Shown here in pieces: positions 52,201 through 64,000 of a stretch of DNA of 64,000 nt (position 1 is the stretch's first letter; every line of letters begins with the position of its first letter). Location: positions 158,784,001 through 158,848,000 of the forward strand of contig CM059431.1 of NCBI GenBank assembly GCA_030390025.1. Reading direction: 5' to 3'. The position numbers and the translations under genes are program-made. The notes under the pieces were generated by a model. That model did no database searches, had not been told where the DNA came from, and was given only the letters and a program-made list of their open reading frames with translations. Source of the DNA: Squalus acanthias. Lineage: Eukaryota.

Positions 52201-52340
52201 TCACCAAATTCTTAAACTGTCAACGTTTTACCTTCTGCTCGTTAACCTCTATGTTTCTTTGATTTGATTTATATAATCAACCCCCTACATTCAATTTTTA
52301 AATCTACTTTTAATTTCCTTTTCTATGCACATCCAAATAA
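49222..52340. repeat. Intragenic duplication: 49222-52340 matches 56159-60990 (the latter carries an extra CR1)
   Basis: Near-identical text at an offset of ~6.94 kb; paired ORFs 49897/56834, 50714/57651, 51822/60472. Confidence 0.95.
51168..51366 (-). CDS. Death-fold/TM gene, exon B (second half of CARD-like domain): EISTLAESPRRNNASQRIFDIVLEKGARGERTMWNIFLQLQNTEPKLKATLSEIQNRDTGTKHDLE
   Basis: atgtttttag| acceptor, G|gtaggc donor, 199 nt, phase 0-1, no stops; EKGxRxxRxMWxxF...PKLxxxLxEIQ pattern recalled from shark NLR N-termini. Confidence 0.85.
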
Positions 52341-52832
52341 TTCTTGTATGTGCTCCATTGCTTTTATTATCGTGTAATTCCTTTATATAGTATCGCAATC
52401 ATTTCCTAGTTGGTAACTTCGTATTGCTTCCCGACGGAATTATCTGATCCATTGCCTCCCAATATATCTGGACTAGTGTGTTGTTGATTTGTGCAAAATG
52501 GTTATCCTGTACATATACATTGCGTTGATTTACTGTTCTTCTGAATTCTAAGGATATCATTGCTTCATAGATATCCGTTATCCGTTTGCAGAAATTGATA
52601 CAATACTCATTCCTTCCCTGTTGTTCTGGAAACGTACCCATCTATCTCACGTCCTGGATACGTGGCAGATAGCACACTCCCTCTTCCACCCGTACATCAC
52701 TTCTATACTTTAGATATTTAAAGTCATCCATATCTCTGATACCCTCGCTAAAATGTCTCAATTTTTTCAATATATCGCTTCCTCAATTCGTGACCCACCA
52801 CTTGTGAATGAAAATGAACTCCTCATAGTTAA

Positions 52833-53654
52833 TGGCCAGGTTTTTCGATCGCAGGAATTCCGGGTGCGCAGGTCTGCAATCTAGAAGAATCTACGCCCTT
52901 ACCTTCGGGTTCCCGGGACGCACACGATTCAGATCCTGGGCCTCTCCAATCTCGATTTGCGCAGGGCCCTATTATCCCAGAGGCACAGGCAGATTACAGG
53001 GAGCATGGGATCATGTGGGCCATGGGGAGCCAATCAAAGTAGGGAAACTGCATTCATACACTTGACAGGAAGACCTTTCAAATATATGAATGGAGATCAC
53101 CCCAAAAACATAGTGGCCCAGCAATTCCTTTCGCAGGCCGCCCGCGGGTGGAGGACTGCGATCTGAAAAAATCTGTACCCGGACCGGAGGGGTCCCGGGA
53201 GGCGCAGAGTTCCGTTGCTTGGTCTCTCCAAACTTCCGGTGCGCAGGGCCCACGTATCCCAGAGGCGCAGGCGGTTCGCAGCGTCCCTGGGATCACGTAG
53301 GGATCCAATCAGAGAAGGGAATCTCCCTTCATACATTTGACAGGAAGACCTGCCAAATATATGAATGGAATTCACCCCCAAAACATAGTAAAAGCAAGCC
53401 TTAGCCCTGCTTTTACCAGGCATACGATTTATAATGGTTTTCTGCAGGCGGGGGTTCTCCAGAAAGCGGAAATATCCGTCCGCAGAGGACCTTCTCCAGG
53501 CTAGGCGTCCAATCTGTCAAGAGCATTCTTGACAGATCGGAAATTACGGATTTCAGCGCATGCGGCTTGGCATGCCTGAAACCGTCATTTCCGATGTCCC
53601 TACGGTTGTGTACACAGCGCGTACACACCCGTAAGGATCCGAATATCCGGTCCA
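52833..53654. mobile_element. Non-autonomous DNA transposon-like element in intron
   Basis: Imperfect inverted termini TGGCCAGGTTTTTCG ... CGAATATCCGGTCCA flanked by TTAA; internal partial duplication; related to 54409-55165. Confidence 0.6.
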
Positions 53655-54408
53655 TTAACGCCAATCTCCCAGCCGTGCGCTTACATTAACCATGTCTTCA
53701 TATCATAACTTCCTAGAGCATCTTCAGACAATCGCTACCTTCAACTAATCAGTTTTATTCACCATGCTTTATTAATATATGTGTTACATAACTTCAGGAA
53801 ATATTCGAAAAGAGATCAGATTGACATCATGGATGAGACTCGGAATTTTATTTTAAATAGGACATGATGGCTGTCATGACAGGAGATGCCGGTAATGTTA
53901 TGTCCCTGAGCATTGGGCAGAAGAATGAACGTGAAGGCTTAAAGTTGCGTAACCCATGGACTGGATGAATTTTGCGAGTGCTTGGTGAGACGTAGAATAA
54001 TGCAGATATTTTGAGGTTGTTAACTATAAATAATAACTGTGGCAGGGAAGTTGGTAGATCGGCAGGTAGAATCAGCCATGCAGTGAAGTTGGAAGGAGAA
54101 AATTAATGGAAGCAACGACTTGGATATGTTCAGGAGAAAGTTCTAGAAATTGGTGCCACCGGCAGTGACTCACACGAATCGTCTCGTTTAATTAAAATAC
54201 ACGTCACCTTTGCTAAAGAACGGACAGAATTTCTCGGCCGTGAGCGACAGCTTATTTTAAATATGTCAGTTAATTTATTTTCCTGAGATTAGCTATATGT
54301 GGCTATTAGATGTTCTATCTAGCTCCAGGATATCCATTGGGTATTTGCTGAGCAGGCCTGATGCTTGTGCTGCTAGTGGTATCTTATTCAAATATTCATT
54401 ACAATATT

Positions 54409-55165
54409 TGGCCCGTAATTTTCGTTAGGTGGCTGCCTGCGTGCGCATGCCTCCTATCGGGAAGAAATCTACGCCCTTACCTGAGGGCTCCCGAGGAGGA
54501 GCCATTTCCGATCCTGTGCCTGTCCACAGTAGAAATGCGCAGTGCCCACCTGATCCCAGGGACGCTTGCGAAGCTCGTGAGCCCCTGAGATAGGTGGACA
54601 GGCGAGAGAATAGAAGGGAATCTCCCTTCATACCTTTGACAGATAGACCTGTCAAAGGTATGAATGGAGATCACCCCAAAAACAAATCAAAACAATAAAT
54701 ACATTTTTAAAAAGCATCGCGTTTTTAAAATGAGTAACATTAATATTAATTTAAATTTTTTAAACAAAAATTTAATGTTTTTAAAAAAATAATTAAAGAT
54801 TTTTACGAAGCTAAAATTAAACTTACCTTATTTAGAAGTACTTTAAAATTATAAGTGAGTCAAAAAATAAATATTTTTTTACTTTTTTAAACTCTGCGCT
54901 GGGAAAAGCCGGCTTTACGGCTGCTTTTAGCAGGAGTACGATTTCTAAGTGTTTTCAAGAGCGGATGTCCTGCAGCAGCGGAAATCTCCACCCGCAGATT
55001 CCCTTCTCTGGGGCAAGCGTCCGATCTGCCAAGATGATTCTTGACAGAACGGAAATGCCGGTTTTCAGCGCATGCGCTTCGCATGCCTGAATCTGGCATT
55101 ACCGATGTCCCGACGGTTATGTACACCGAGCGTACTCACACGTTGGCATCGGAAAATACGAGCCA
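54409..55165. mobile_element. Related non-autonomous DNA transposon-like element
   Basis: Inverted termini TGGCCCGTAATTTTCG ... CGGAAAATACGAGCCA; GC-rich arms around an AT-rich centre; right arm resembles 53400-53650. Confidence 0.62.
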
Positions 55166-55910
55166 TTGTGTCTTGGCGTGTTCCTTGCAATCCTGAAATT
55201 TGGATTAATTGCTCCTTGGATAGGATGCCATTTATGTCCGATTACAGAAACAACATTCACCCAAAACCCTGCAGAAATACGGCCAAGGTAAATAGCTTAA
55301 CTGCAAGACGTTTTCCAGTGAATTATCAGTTGATTAGAAAGTCTCTTTCTGCAGATGGTTTTTGCCTGTCACTTATGCGGCACAAATGTTACTTCCTAAT
55401 TATCCAACAAAACTGGAATGTTGACCAGATCTTGTTGCATACGGGCATGTACTGTTTAGTTACGTGAGCAATTGGGAATGGAATTGAACACTGCAATCAT
55501 CAGCGGACAGCCCAAATTCTGACCGTCTGACAGAAAAAAAATTATTGATGAAGCAGCTGACGGTATTTGGGTCGTAAATTCTTCCACAATGAACTCATGG
55601 TTATAATATGAGATGCTGTTCTCTTGTTATTTAACACATTAAAAACGACAAGTTCTGTTTCCTTTGAGACGATATTAGCTGTAATCTAAGAGCACGTGAA
55701 AGGGTGGGCCGTGAGAAGGTTGTTATCATTCACCCCATGGCTATCAAGTCCTCACACCACCACACCTACCCCGCGAACATAACGTCGCCAGAAAATACAA
55801 CCGTTAAACCAGCAGAGACATGCCGTTCCAGACCGACTTGAACAATCTCCCACCAACCCGTCTCAAATTTAGGAGGACATTTAGACAATTCCAACATATA
55901 TGTAGCATAC

Positions 55911-56080
55911 CTTATGGATTGTTTCAGTAAACACGTTTGCATCTAAGAGCGATTGACTAACAGCTTCCACGAATTCTTCAATTGACGATTCTAGTCTCTG
56001 ACGGTAGCAGCCGATAATTCTTCCAAGCTGGATATCCGTGTAGCTCGCCAACATTAGTAACATTTTAGTATCTGAATTTT
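55911..56080 (-). CDS. Death-fold/TM gene, exon A (first half of CARD-like domain): ENSDTKMLLMLASYTDIQLGRIIGCYRQRLESSIEEFVEAVSQSLLDANVFTETIHK
   Basis: tttacacttttacag| acceptor, AAG|gtatgc donor, 170 nt, phase 1-0, no stops; DxQLxxxxxxYRxRLExxIEExVExVS pattern recalled from shark NLR N-termini. Confidence 0.85.
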
Positions 56081-58103
56081 CTGTAAAAGTGTAAATGGGA
56101 ACAGGTTACAAAACTATGTTTGCTTTGAAGCAATGAATAATTTGAACTAACTTTTAGAGCAGCAGCTTTTCTTTAGAGCCTTTCAAACAGTGAGACGGCC
56201 AATGGCGCCTCACACAGCAGGAATTTAGAGTTAAAGCTGCCTCCTTTTCGTAGAGTTAAGAGAAACGACCTAGATCTTGCAACATGTGGAGGTTGTTTAA
56301 AGTAAGTAGGAAGTAAAGAGTGGAAGCCCAAGGCAACGGATTCCAGCCAGTGGTGCTGACGACTTTGTTGGAGTCCGGAGCAGAGGAACCAATAATCTGG
56401 GGACCACAGCAAAGGGAGAGGATGGACCAGAAATAAAAGAGGGTTTCTGAAGAAACTGTAAAATTAAGACGCTCGAGACCGTAAAGGGAATTGTAGATGA
56501 GTAGGAGTCTTTCACAAATTGTCTGGGATAGCAAGTGAATGTCGGTCACCGACGAATGGGATTATGGATAAGTGGAAATGAGGGTGAACTGATGAATTGA
56601 AGCAGTCGAGCTCTGGAGATTCTATCTGGCAGTGCCCAAAAGTCGTTTAAGGAATCGAGTCTAAACGTCACAAAAGCGTATCTAAATCACGAGCAAATAT
56701 TCATATGTTATCATATATCCAGAAAATTAAAATATGATGGTTGCGGACGGTGATCTGAGAATCCATTCGAAATTTATTGCTTGGAATCACCAGATGCTGC
56801 TGAGCAATTAGAAATAGTCGTGACTGTCGCTTGTTAGCCTAAAGAGCTAATAAATAATGCACAGATAGTTAAAGAAAGTAACAGTAAATGCAAGCTCATT
56901 CCTTCTTTCTTGGGAAAACTAAACTGCGATACGGACCGGAGAAATTGAAATACTGTGAATCTAAATGTACTCAAAATAAATTTGATAGATATCAATACAA
57001 CAATTACAAGAACACACCATTGGGAAAAAGTTATTGATATCAAATTGAAATAATAACTAAATCTCAAATACCACATCTGAAACATGACAATAGCTGGTAG
57101 GAATCATAATTGAATGTAACTGATTCTAAAATGCCTATCGATGGAAGTAGAAATGCCTGAGAGATACTAAATAAAGAACGGCCCGGAATCAGCGGTCAGC
57201 GCGAAGCAAAGGCATTTGCTGCGGCCACAAAGTAAGCTTGACACAAAGATCTCGCAATCATGTTTTCCGAAGTGTAATTCAAATCAACGGAGCATCATTG
57301 GGAATCCCGAGTGCAAGCTGCTGTGAAGTCAACAGGCTGTCTAAGCATCCAACCAAAACGCAGAATTCTCACAGACAGCGAACAAGGAAGTGAATAAGCT
57401 GTTAAACTTCTAACATTTAAAAAAATGATTCAGCGAACGAAACAAATATTGGGGCTCTAACATGGGGAAAATGCAAAGCAGAAATAAGGAGGAAAAATCT
57501 TTTAAAATAATTACATTTTCAGAATAATGTTAATTTTTATTTAAATGAGTAAAGTTGTCTCTGCACAAATAAAAAATTAGATTTTCTGGCCATCACATTT
57601 GTTTAGAATTCAATAGCCTGTTGCAATCCAGTTACACCCTTTCCTTTCAGTCAAACTTTTAGTGGGGAATTCAAGAGCGCAATTACTGTGAAAGAGACGA
57701 AGATTACATCAGTTTCCCTGATTTGAGAGATTTCCATGATTACCGGCTCTGGTTGGGCACAGCGCAGCCTCTGCAATTTTATTGGAGTCAAAGGAAGGGA
57801 ACTTAGGACCGATCGAACAACGAGCAGCAGATGCAATACCGGCCGTTTTTCGGCGAGGACAAAACACAGGCCGTATCGCATCCATCGCCTATTATATGTT
57901 GCGCGCGAATAAACTTGAATTGAGCTGAATATCGGGCGTGTATGTAACTGTCGGCAAATGTTACCGGCCATTGTGTGTCCCCGACAATTAGAATTTCATC
58001 CTCCTGGACATTAACTTAAAATAAGTTCCTCGACATAAATAATGAACTCTCTTACTCTGAAAGTAAACGAGATCTTTTGCAAATAGATTTTGACATCGCC
58101 TAC

Positions 58104-58302
58104 CTTCTAGATCATGTTTTGTCCCTGTATCTCTGTTCTGTATCTCTGACAATGTCGCTTTCAGTTTGGGTTTTGTATTCTGCAGTTGAAGAAATATGTT
58201 CCACATTGTTCTTTCTCCCCGAGCTCCCTTTTCCAGCGCGGTATCGAAAATGCGTTGGGAAGCAGCGTTTCTGCGCTGACTTTCAGCAAGTGTACTGATT
58301 TC
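58104..58302 (-). CDS. Death-fold/TM gene, exon B' (duplicate of exon B): EISTLAESQRRNAASQRIFDTALEKGARGERTMWNIFLQLQNTKPKLKATLSEIQNRDTGTKHDLE
   Basis: atatttttttag| acceptor, G|gtaggc donor, 199 nt, intact; splices in frame to exon A. Confidence 0.8.
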
Positions 58303-58559
58303 CTAAAAAAAATATTACAATCATATTGAACACAGTATTTTACAAAATCAGCTAAGAAACGTCGGTTTTCTTTGTCCCTCTCTTTATGGGAGGAATGAAT
58401 AGAAACGCTCACAATAAGGTGACCAAAATCTATGTCAACGAGATAAGTTATAAGGAGCGTCTCGAAAGAGCAGAGAATTGCAGACGGCCGGAGAGGATTA
58501 GAGAGTTAATTCCAGAGTTTACGACCGAGGCAGCACAACGCACGGCTACCAATGGTGGC

Positions 58560-60271
58560 ATAGAACATATAGAACAGTGCAGCACAGTACAGGCCCTTCG
58601 GCCCTCGATGTTGTGCCGAGCATTGTCCGAGACCAAGATCAAGCTATCACACTCCCTATCACTCTGGTGTGCTCCATGTGCTTATCCAATAACCGCTTGA
58701 AAGTTCCTAAAGTGTCCGACTCCACTATCACAGCAGGCAGTCCATTCCACACCCCAACCACTCTCTGAGTAAAGAATCTACCTCGGACATCCCTTCTATA
58801 TCTCCCCCCATGCACCTTATAGTTATGCCCCCTTGTAACAGCTGCCTCTACCCGAGGAAATTGTCTCTGAACATCCACTCTATCTATCCCCCTCATCATC
58901 TTATAAACCTCTATTAAGTCGCCTCTCATCCTCCTCCGCTCTAAAGAGAAAAGCCCCAACTCCCTCAATCTTTCCTCATAAGACCTCCCCCCCAAACCAG
59001 GCAGCATCCTGGTAAATCTCCTTTGCACTCTTTCCAATGCTTCTACGTCCTTCCTATAGTGAGGTGACCAGAACTGCACACAATATTCCAAATGTGGTCT
59101 CACCAAGGTCCTGTACAGTTGCAGCATAACCTCACGGTTCTTAAACTCAAACCCTCTGTTAATAAACGCCAACACACCATAGGCCTTCTTTACTGCTCTA
59201 TCAACTTGAGTGGCAACCTTCAGAGATCTGTGGATATGAACCCCCAGATCCCTCTGCTCCTCCACGTTCCTCAGAACCCTGCCGTTGACCCTGTAATCCT
59301 TATTCAAATTTGCCCTACCAAAATGAATCACCTCGCACTTATCAGGGTTAAATTCCATCTGCCATTTTTCGGCCCAGCTCTGCATCCTATCAATGTCTCT
59401 TTGCAGCCTACAACTGCCCTCCACCTCATCCACTACTCCACCAATCTTGGTTTCATCAGCAAATTTACTGATCCACCCTTCAGTCCCCTCCTCCAAGTCA
59501 TTGATAAAAATCACAAACAGCAGAGGACCCAGCACCGACCCCTGTGGCACACCGCTGGTAACTGGTCTCCAGTCCGAAAATGTTCCATCCACCACCACCC
59601 TCTGCCTTCTATGAGATAGCCAGTTACTTATCCAATCGGCCAAATTTCCCTCTATCCCACAACTCCTTACTTTCTTCATGAGACGACCATGGGGAACCTT
59701 ATCAAACGCCTTACTAAAATCCATGTATACGACATCAACTGCTCTACCTTCATCTACACACTTAGTTATCTCCTCAAAGAATTCTATCAAATTTGTTAGG
59801 CAAGACTTACCCTTCACGAATCCGTGTTGACTATCCCTGATTAAGTTGCCCCTTTCCAAATGGTCATAAATCATATCCCTCAGGACTTTTCCATTATCTT
59901 ACCAACCACCGAAGTAAGACTAACCGGCCTATAATTACCAGGTTCATTTCTATTTCCTTTCTTGAAGAGAGGAACAACATTCGCCACTCTCCAGTCCTCT
60001 GGCACCATCCCCGTGGACAGTGAGGACCCAAAGATCAAAGCCAGAGGCTCTGCAATCTCCTCCCTTGCCTCCCAAAGAATCCTAGGATATATCCCATCTG
60101 GCCCAGGGGACTTATCGACCCTCAGGTTCTTCAAAATTGGTAAAACATCTTCCCTCAGAACAACTACCACCTCCAGCCTATCCACCTTTATCACACTCTC
60201 ATCCTCAAGAACATGGCCCCTCTCCTCGGTGAACACTGACGAAAAGTATTCATTCATCACCTCTCCTATCT
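58560..60271 (-). mobile_element. Young 5'-truncated CR1 LINE, near-intact RT domain
   Basis: 411-aa ORF with [47 protein letters not shown]; one frameshift at ~59880; absent from the paralogous site at ~51622. Confidence 0.97.
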
Positions 60272-60990
60272 CGTGAAGAGAATCGGAGTTGTGCAATGGT
60301 TCAGAATTTGATGAGCACAGAGATCACGGAGGATTGTAGGGCTGGAGGATGTTGCAGAGATAGAGAGGACTAGCGTTGAGTCACCGAGGGAAGCTGAATT
60401 TTCTCAACTGATATGAAAAAATGTTAAGTGCCAAATAAAAGGGGAAAAGTCAGATTTCAGGAATATGCTTCGTGCAAACTGAAGCATTATTTGTTCTTCG
60501 TAACAGCAATGTTCTGGAAAGCGCACAACGTGCTTTTAGAAACTCAAACTGCACAGATTATAAAACAATGCGGGTGAAATTGGAATCGGCCAGTCCCATG
60601 ACAGGTGCTGATAGCGAATGGGAAGCTCGTGTTACACGCGTCCGTATTTCTTTCCCATTGATTGCAATTAGAATTCCGTTCATTTCAAATATCATTCATC
60701 GAAACAGCAGCACAAGCTTATCAGTCAATCCTTCATCTTCTATATGAACCATTTGCTTTGAATACCTGAATAGTCCTGTCTTATGAGTAATTATTTTATT
60801 AGAAGTCTTTATGAAATGTGATCATTGTCCCGAATTCTGCCTCATGGCAATTACCAAATTCTTAAACTGTCAACGTTTTACCTTCTGCTCGTTAACCACT
60901 ATGGTTCTTTGATTTGATTTATATAATCAACCCCCTACATTCAATTTGTAAATCTCCATTTCATTTCCTTTTCTATGCACATCCAAGTAA

Positions 60991-63900
60991 TTGGCTGCTC
61001 GAGGAACTCCGGCTCCGTGTTGATGAGCTGGAGTCCGAGCTTCAAACACTGCGACACATCAGTGAGGGGGAGAGTTACCTGGACTCCGTGTTTCAGGAGG
61101 TAGTCACACCAATTAGAGTAACTAATTCAGAAGTAGCCCGTGGTCAGGGACAGTAAGGTGTGACTACGAGTGAGGCAGGTACAGGGATCCAGGAGGTAGT
61201 GTTGGAGGAGACGCAGCCCTTGCTCTTGTCCGACAGGTTCGAGGCTCTTACTCCCTGTGTGGATAGGAGCGGGGACTGCAGGGAGGATGAGCAACCTGGC
61301 CACAGCACCGTGGTAAGGGGGGCCATTCAAGTGGGGGAGTAAAAAGAAATGTTGTTGTGGTAGGGGATAGTATCATTAGGGGGATAGATAGGGTTCTTTG
61401 CAGCCAAGAGCGAGAGTCCCGAACGCTGTGTTGCCTGCCCGGTGCCAGGGTTAAGGACATCTCCTCTGGGCTGGAGAGAAACTTGGAGTGGGAGGGGGAG
61501 GATCCAGTTGTCGTTGTCCATGTTGGTCCCAATGACATAGATAGGATAAGGAAAGAGGTTCTGCTGAGGGAGTTTGAGCAGCTAGGGGCCAAATTAAAAA
61601 GCAGAACCTCGAGGGTAATAATCTCTGGATTACTACCTGAGCCACGAGCAAATTTGGCTAGGTTAAATAAAATCAGGGAGTTGAATGCGTGGCTCAAAGA
61701 CTGGTGTGGGAAAAATGGGTTTGCTTCTTGGGACACTGGCACCAGTATTGGGGCAGGAGAGAGCTTTTCCGTTGGGACGGACTTCACTTGGCCAGTGCTG
61801 GGACTAGTGTCCTGGCGAATCGAATAACTAGTGCTTTGGAGAGGGCTTTAAACTAATTAGTGGGGGGGAGGTTTCAAGAGAGCAAAAAATAAAAATGACA
61901 ACAGAGAGGGTCATAGACATAGGTAGCAGTAGGGGAATCACAAATCAGAGCGTGGCAGGAAGGGACAGAGTGTGTGGAGTAAAAGGTAAAGTGGTAAAAA
62001 GTGAAAAAGCAGGAATTAAGTGCCACAAAGCATATTTGAAAGTTCTCTATCTGAATGCACGTAGCATTCGTAACAAAATAGACGAGTTAATAGCATAAAT
62101 AACTATACATGGTTATGATATTGTGACCATTACAGAAACATGGCTGCAGGGTGACAATGCCTGGGAATTAAACATACCAGGTTATTTAACGATCAGGAAG
62201 GACAGGCAGGAAGGAAGGGGAGGTGGGGTGGCTATGTTAATAAAGGAAGGAATCACTGTAATACAGAGTAATGATATTGGGTCAAAAAATCATGATAATG
62301 AAACAGTTTGGGTGGAGCTAAGGAATAATAAGGGAAAAAAAACACTAGTGAGCGTAGTCTATAGGCCTCCGAACAGTTGCAACTCTGTTGGACGTAGTAT
62401 CAATCAGGAAATGGTTGAGGCATGTAATAAGGGAATATCTATAATTATGGGGGATTTTAAATATCATATTAATTGGACAAATCAAATGGGGCAGCGCTGC
62501 CTTGAGGATGAGTTCATTGAGTGTATTAGGGATGGGTTTCTTGAGCAGTATGTAACTGAACCGACCAGGGGGCAAGCAACCTTAGATCTGGTCCTGTGTA
62601 ACGAGACAGGATTAATTAAAAATGTCCTAGTAAAGGATCCCCTTGGAATGAGTGACCATAACATGGTTGAATTCCATATTCAATTAGAGGGTGAGAAGGT
62701 TGGATCTCAAACAAGCGTGCTAAGCTTGAATAAAGGAGACTATGAAGGTATGCGAGCGGAATTGAGTAGAGTGGATTGGGAAAATAGATTAAAGGGTAAG
62801 ACGACACATGATCAGTGGTGTACATTCAAGGAGTTATTTTACAACTTCCAGAAAATATATATTCCACTGAAAAGAAAAGGGTGTAAAAGAAAGGACAGTC
62901 ATCCGTTGCTAAGTAAAGAAATTAAGGATTGTATGCGACTAAAAACAAGGGCATATAAGTAGCGAAATCTAGTGGGAGGACAGAGGATTGGGAAATCTTT
63001 AAAAGGCAGCAAAAAATAACAAAAACATTGATTAAGAAAGGGAAGATAGATTATGAAAGTAAATTAGCAAAAAATATAAAAACAGATAGTAAGAGTTTTT
63101 ATAGTTATATAAAAAGAAAAAGGGTGGCTAAAGTAAATGTTGGTCCCTTAGAGGATGAGACCGGGAAATTAATGGTGGGAAATATGGAGATGGCAAAAAC
63201 ACTGAATGAATATTTTGTATCAGTCTTTACAGTCGAGGACATTAAGAATACCCCAACACTGGACAAACAGGGGGCTATAGGGGGAGAGGAGCTAAACACG
63301 ATCAAAATCACTAAGGAAGTGGTACTCGGTAAAATAATGGGACTCAAGGCGGATAAATCACCTGGACCTGATGGCTTACATCCTAGAGTCTTCAAGGAAG
63401 TGGCGGTAGGGATTGTAGATGCATTGGTAATAATTTTTCAAAACTCCCTGGATTCCGCTAAGGTCCCGGCAGACTGGAAAACTGCTAATGTAACACCCTT
63501 ATTTAAAAAGGGAAGTAGACAGAAGGCTGGTAACTATAGACCGGTTAGCCTAACATCTGTGGTAGGTAACATTTTGGAGTCCATTATTAAGGAAACAGTA
63601 ACAGGACATTTGGATAATCATAATTTAATAGGACAAAGTCAGCATGGTTTTACGAAGGGGAAGTCATGTTTGACAAATTTGCTGGAGTTCTTTGAGGAAG
63701 TAACACATAGAGTGGATAAAGGGGAACCAGTGGACGTAGTGTATTTAGACTTCCAAAAGGCATTTGACAAGGTGCCACACAAAAGATTATTGCTTAAGGT
63801 AAAAAATCACGGGATTGGGGGTAATATTCTGGCATGGATAGAGGATTGGCTATCTAACAGAAAGCAAAGAGTTGGGATAAATGGTTCATTCTCAGACTGG

Positions 63901-64000
63901 CAATCAGTAACTAGTGGTGTTCCACAGGGGTCAGTGCTGGGTCCCCAACTCTTTACAATCTATATTAACGATTTGGAGGAAGGGACCAAGTGTAACATAT
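60991..64000 (+). mobile_element. CR1 LINE (ORF1 coiled-coil/esterase-like; ORF2 endonuclease-RT), runs off the window end
   Basis: [95 protein letters not shown]; a few stops and frameshifts. Confidence 0.97.

Noticed and set aside
58639..59874. Reverse transcriptase as a retron, DGR or domesticated gene
   Set aside because: Ordinary CR1 ORF2 with its 3' tail, 5'-truncated and absent from the paralogous site

Overview
Eukaryotic, repeat-dense genomic DNA. The TE families (CR1, L2, RTE, Penelope) and the protein motifs point to a cartilaginous fish (inference), so most entries in the supplied ORF track are TE fragments or satellite artefacts. Bases 1-47000 are a mosaic macro-repeat: C-rich 23/27-bp satellite arrays, a five-copy decayed exon-like block, ancient CR1 pieces and L2 copies, with younger CR1, RTE, Penelope, MITE and solo-LTR insertions. 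The main result is a spliced minus-strand gene the ORF track cannot show. Six GT-AG exons (58302-58104, 56080-55911, 51366-51168, 49016-48888, 48083-48058, 47736-47719) join in frame into about 246 aa. This encodes tandem copies of a helical domain resembling the death-fold/CARD-like N-terminus of shark NLR proteins, followed directly by one transmembrane helix and a short tail, with no NACHT/LRR seen. The domain repeat arose by a recent ~6.9 kb intragenic duplication. The 5' end of the gene lies beyond the window, and an orphan paralog of its last exon and 3'UTR sits at ~24.1-24.8 kb.
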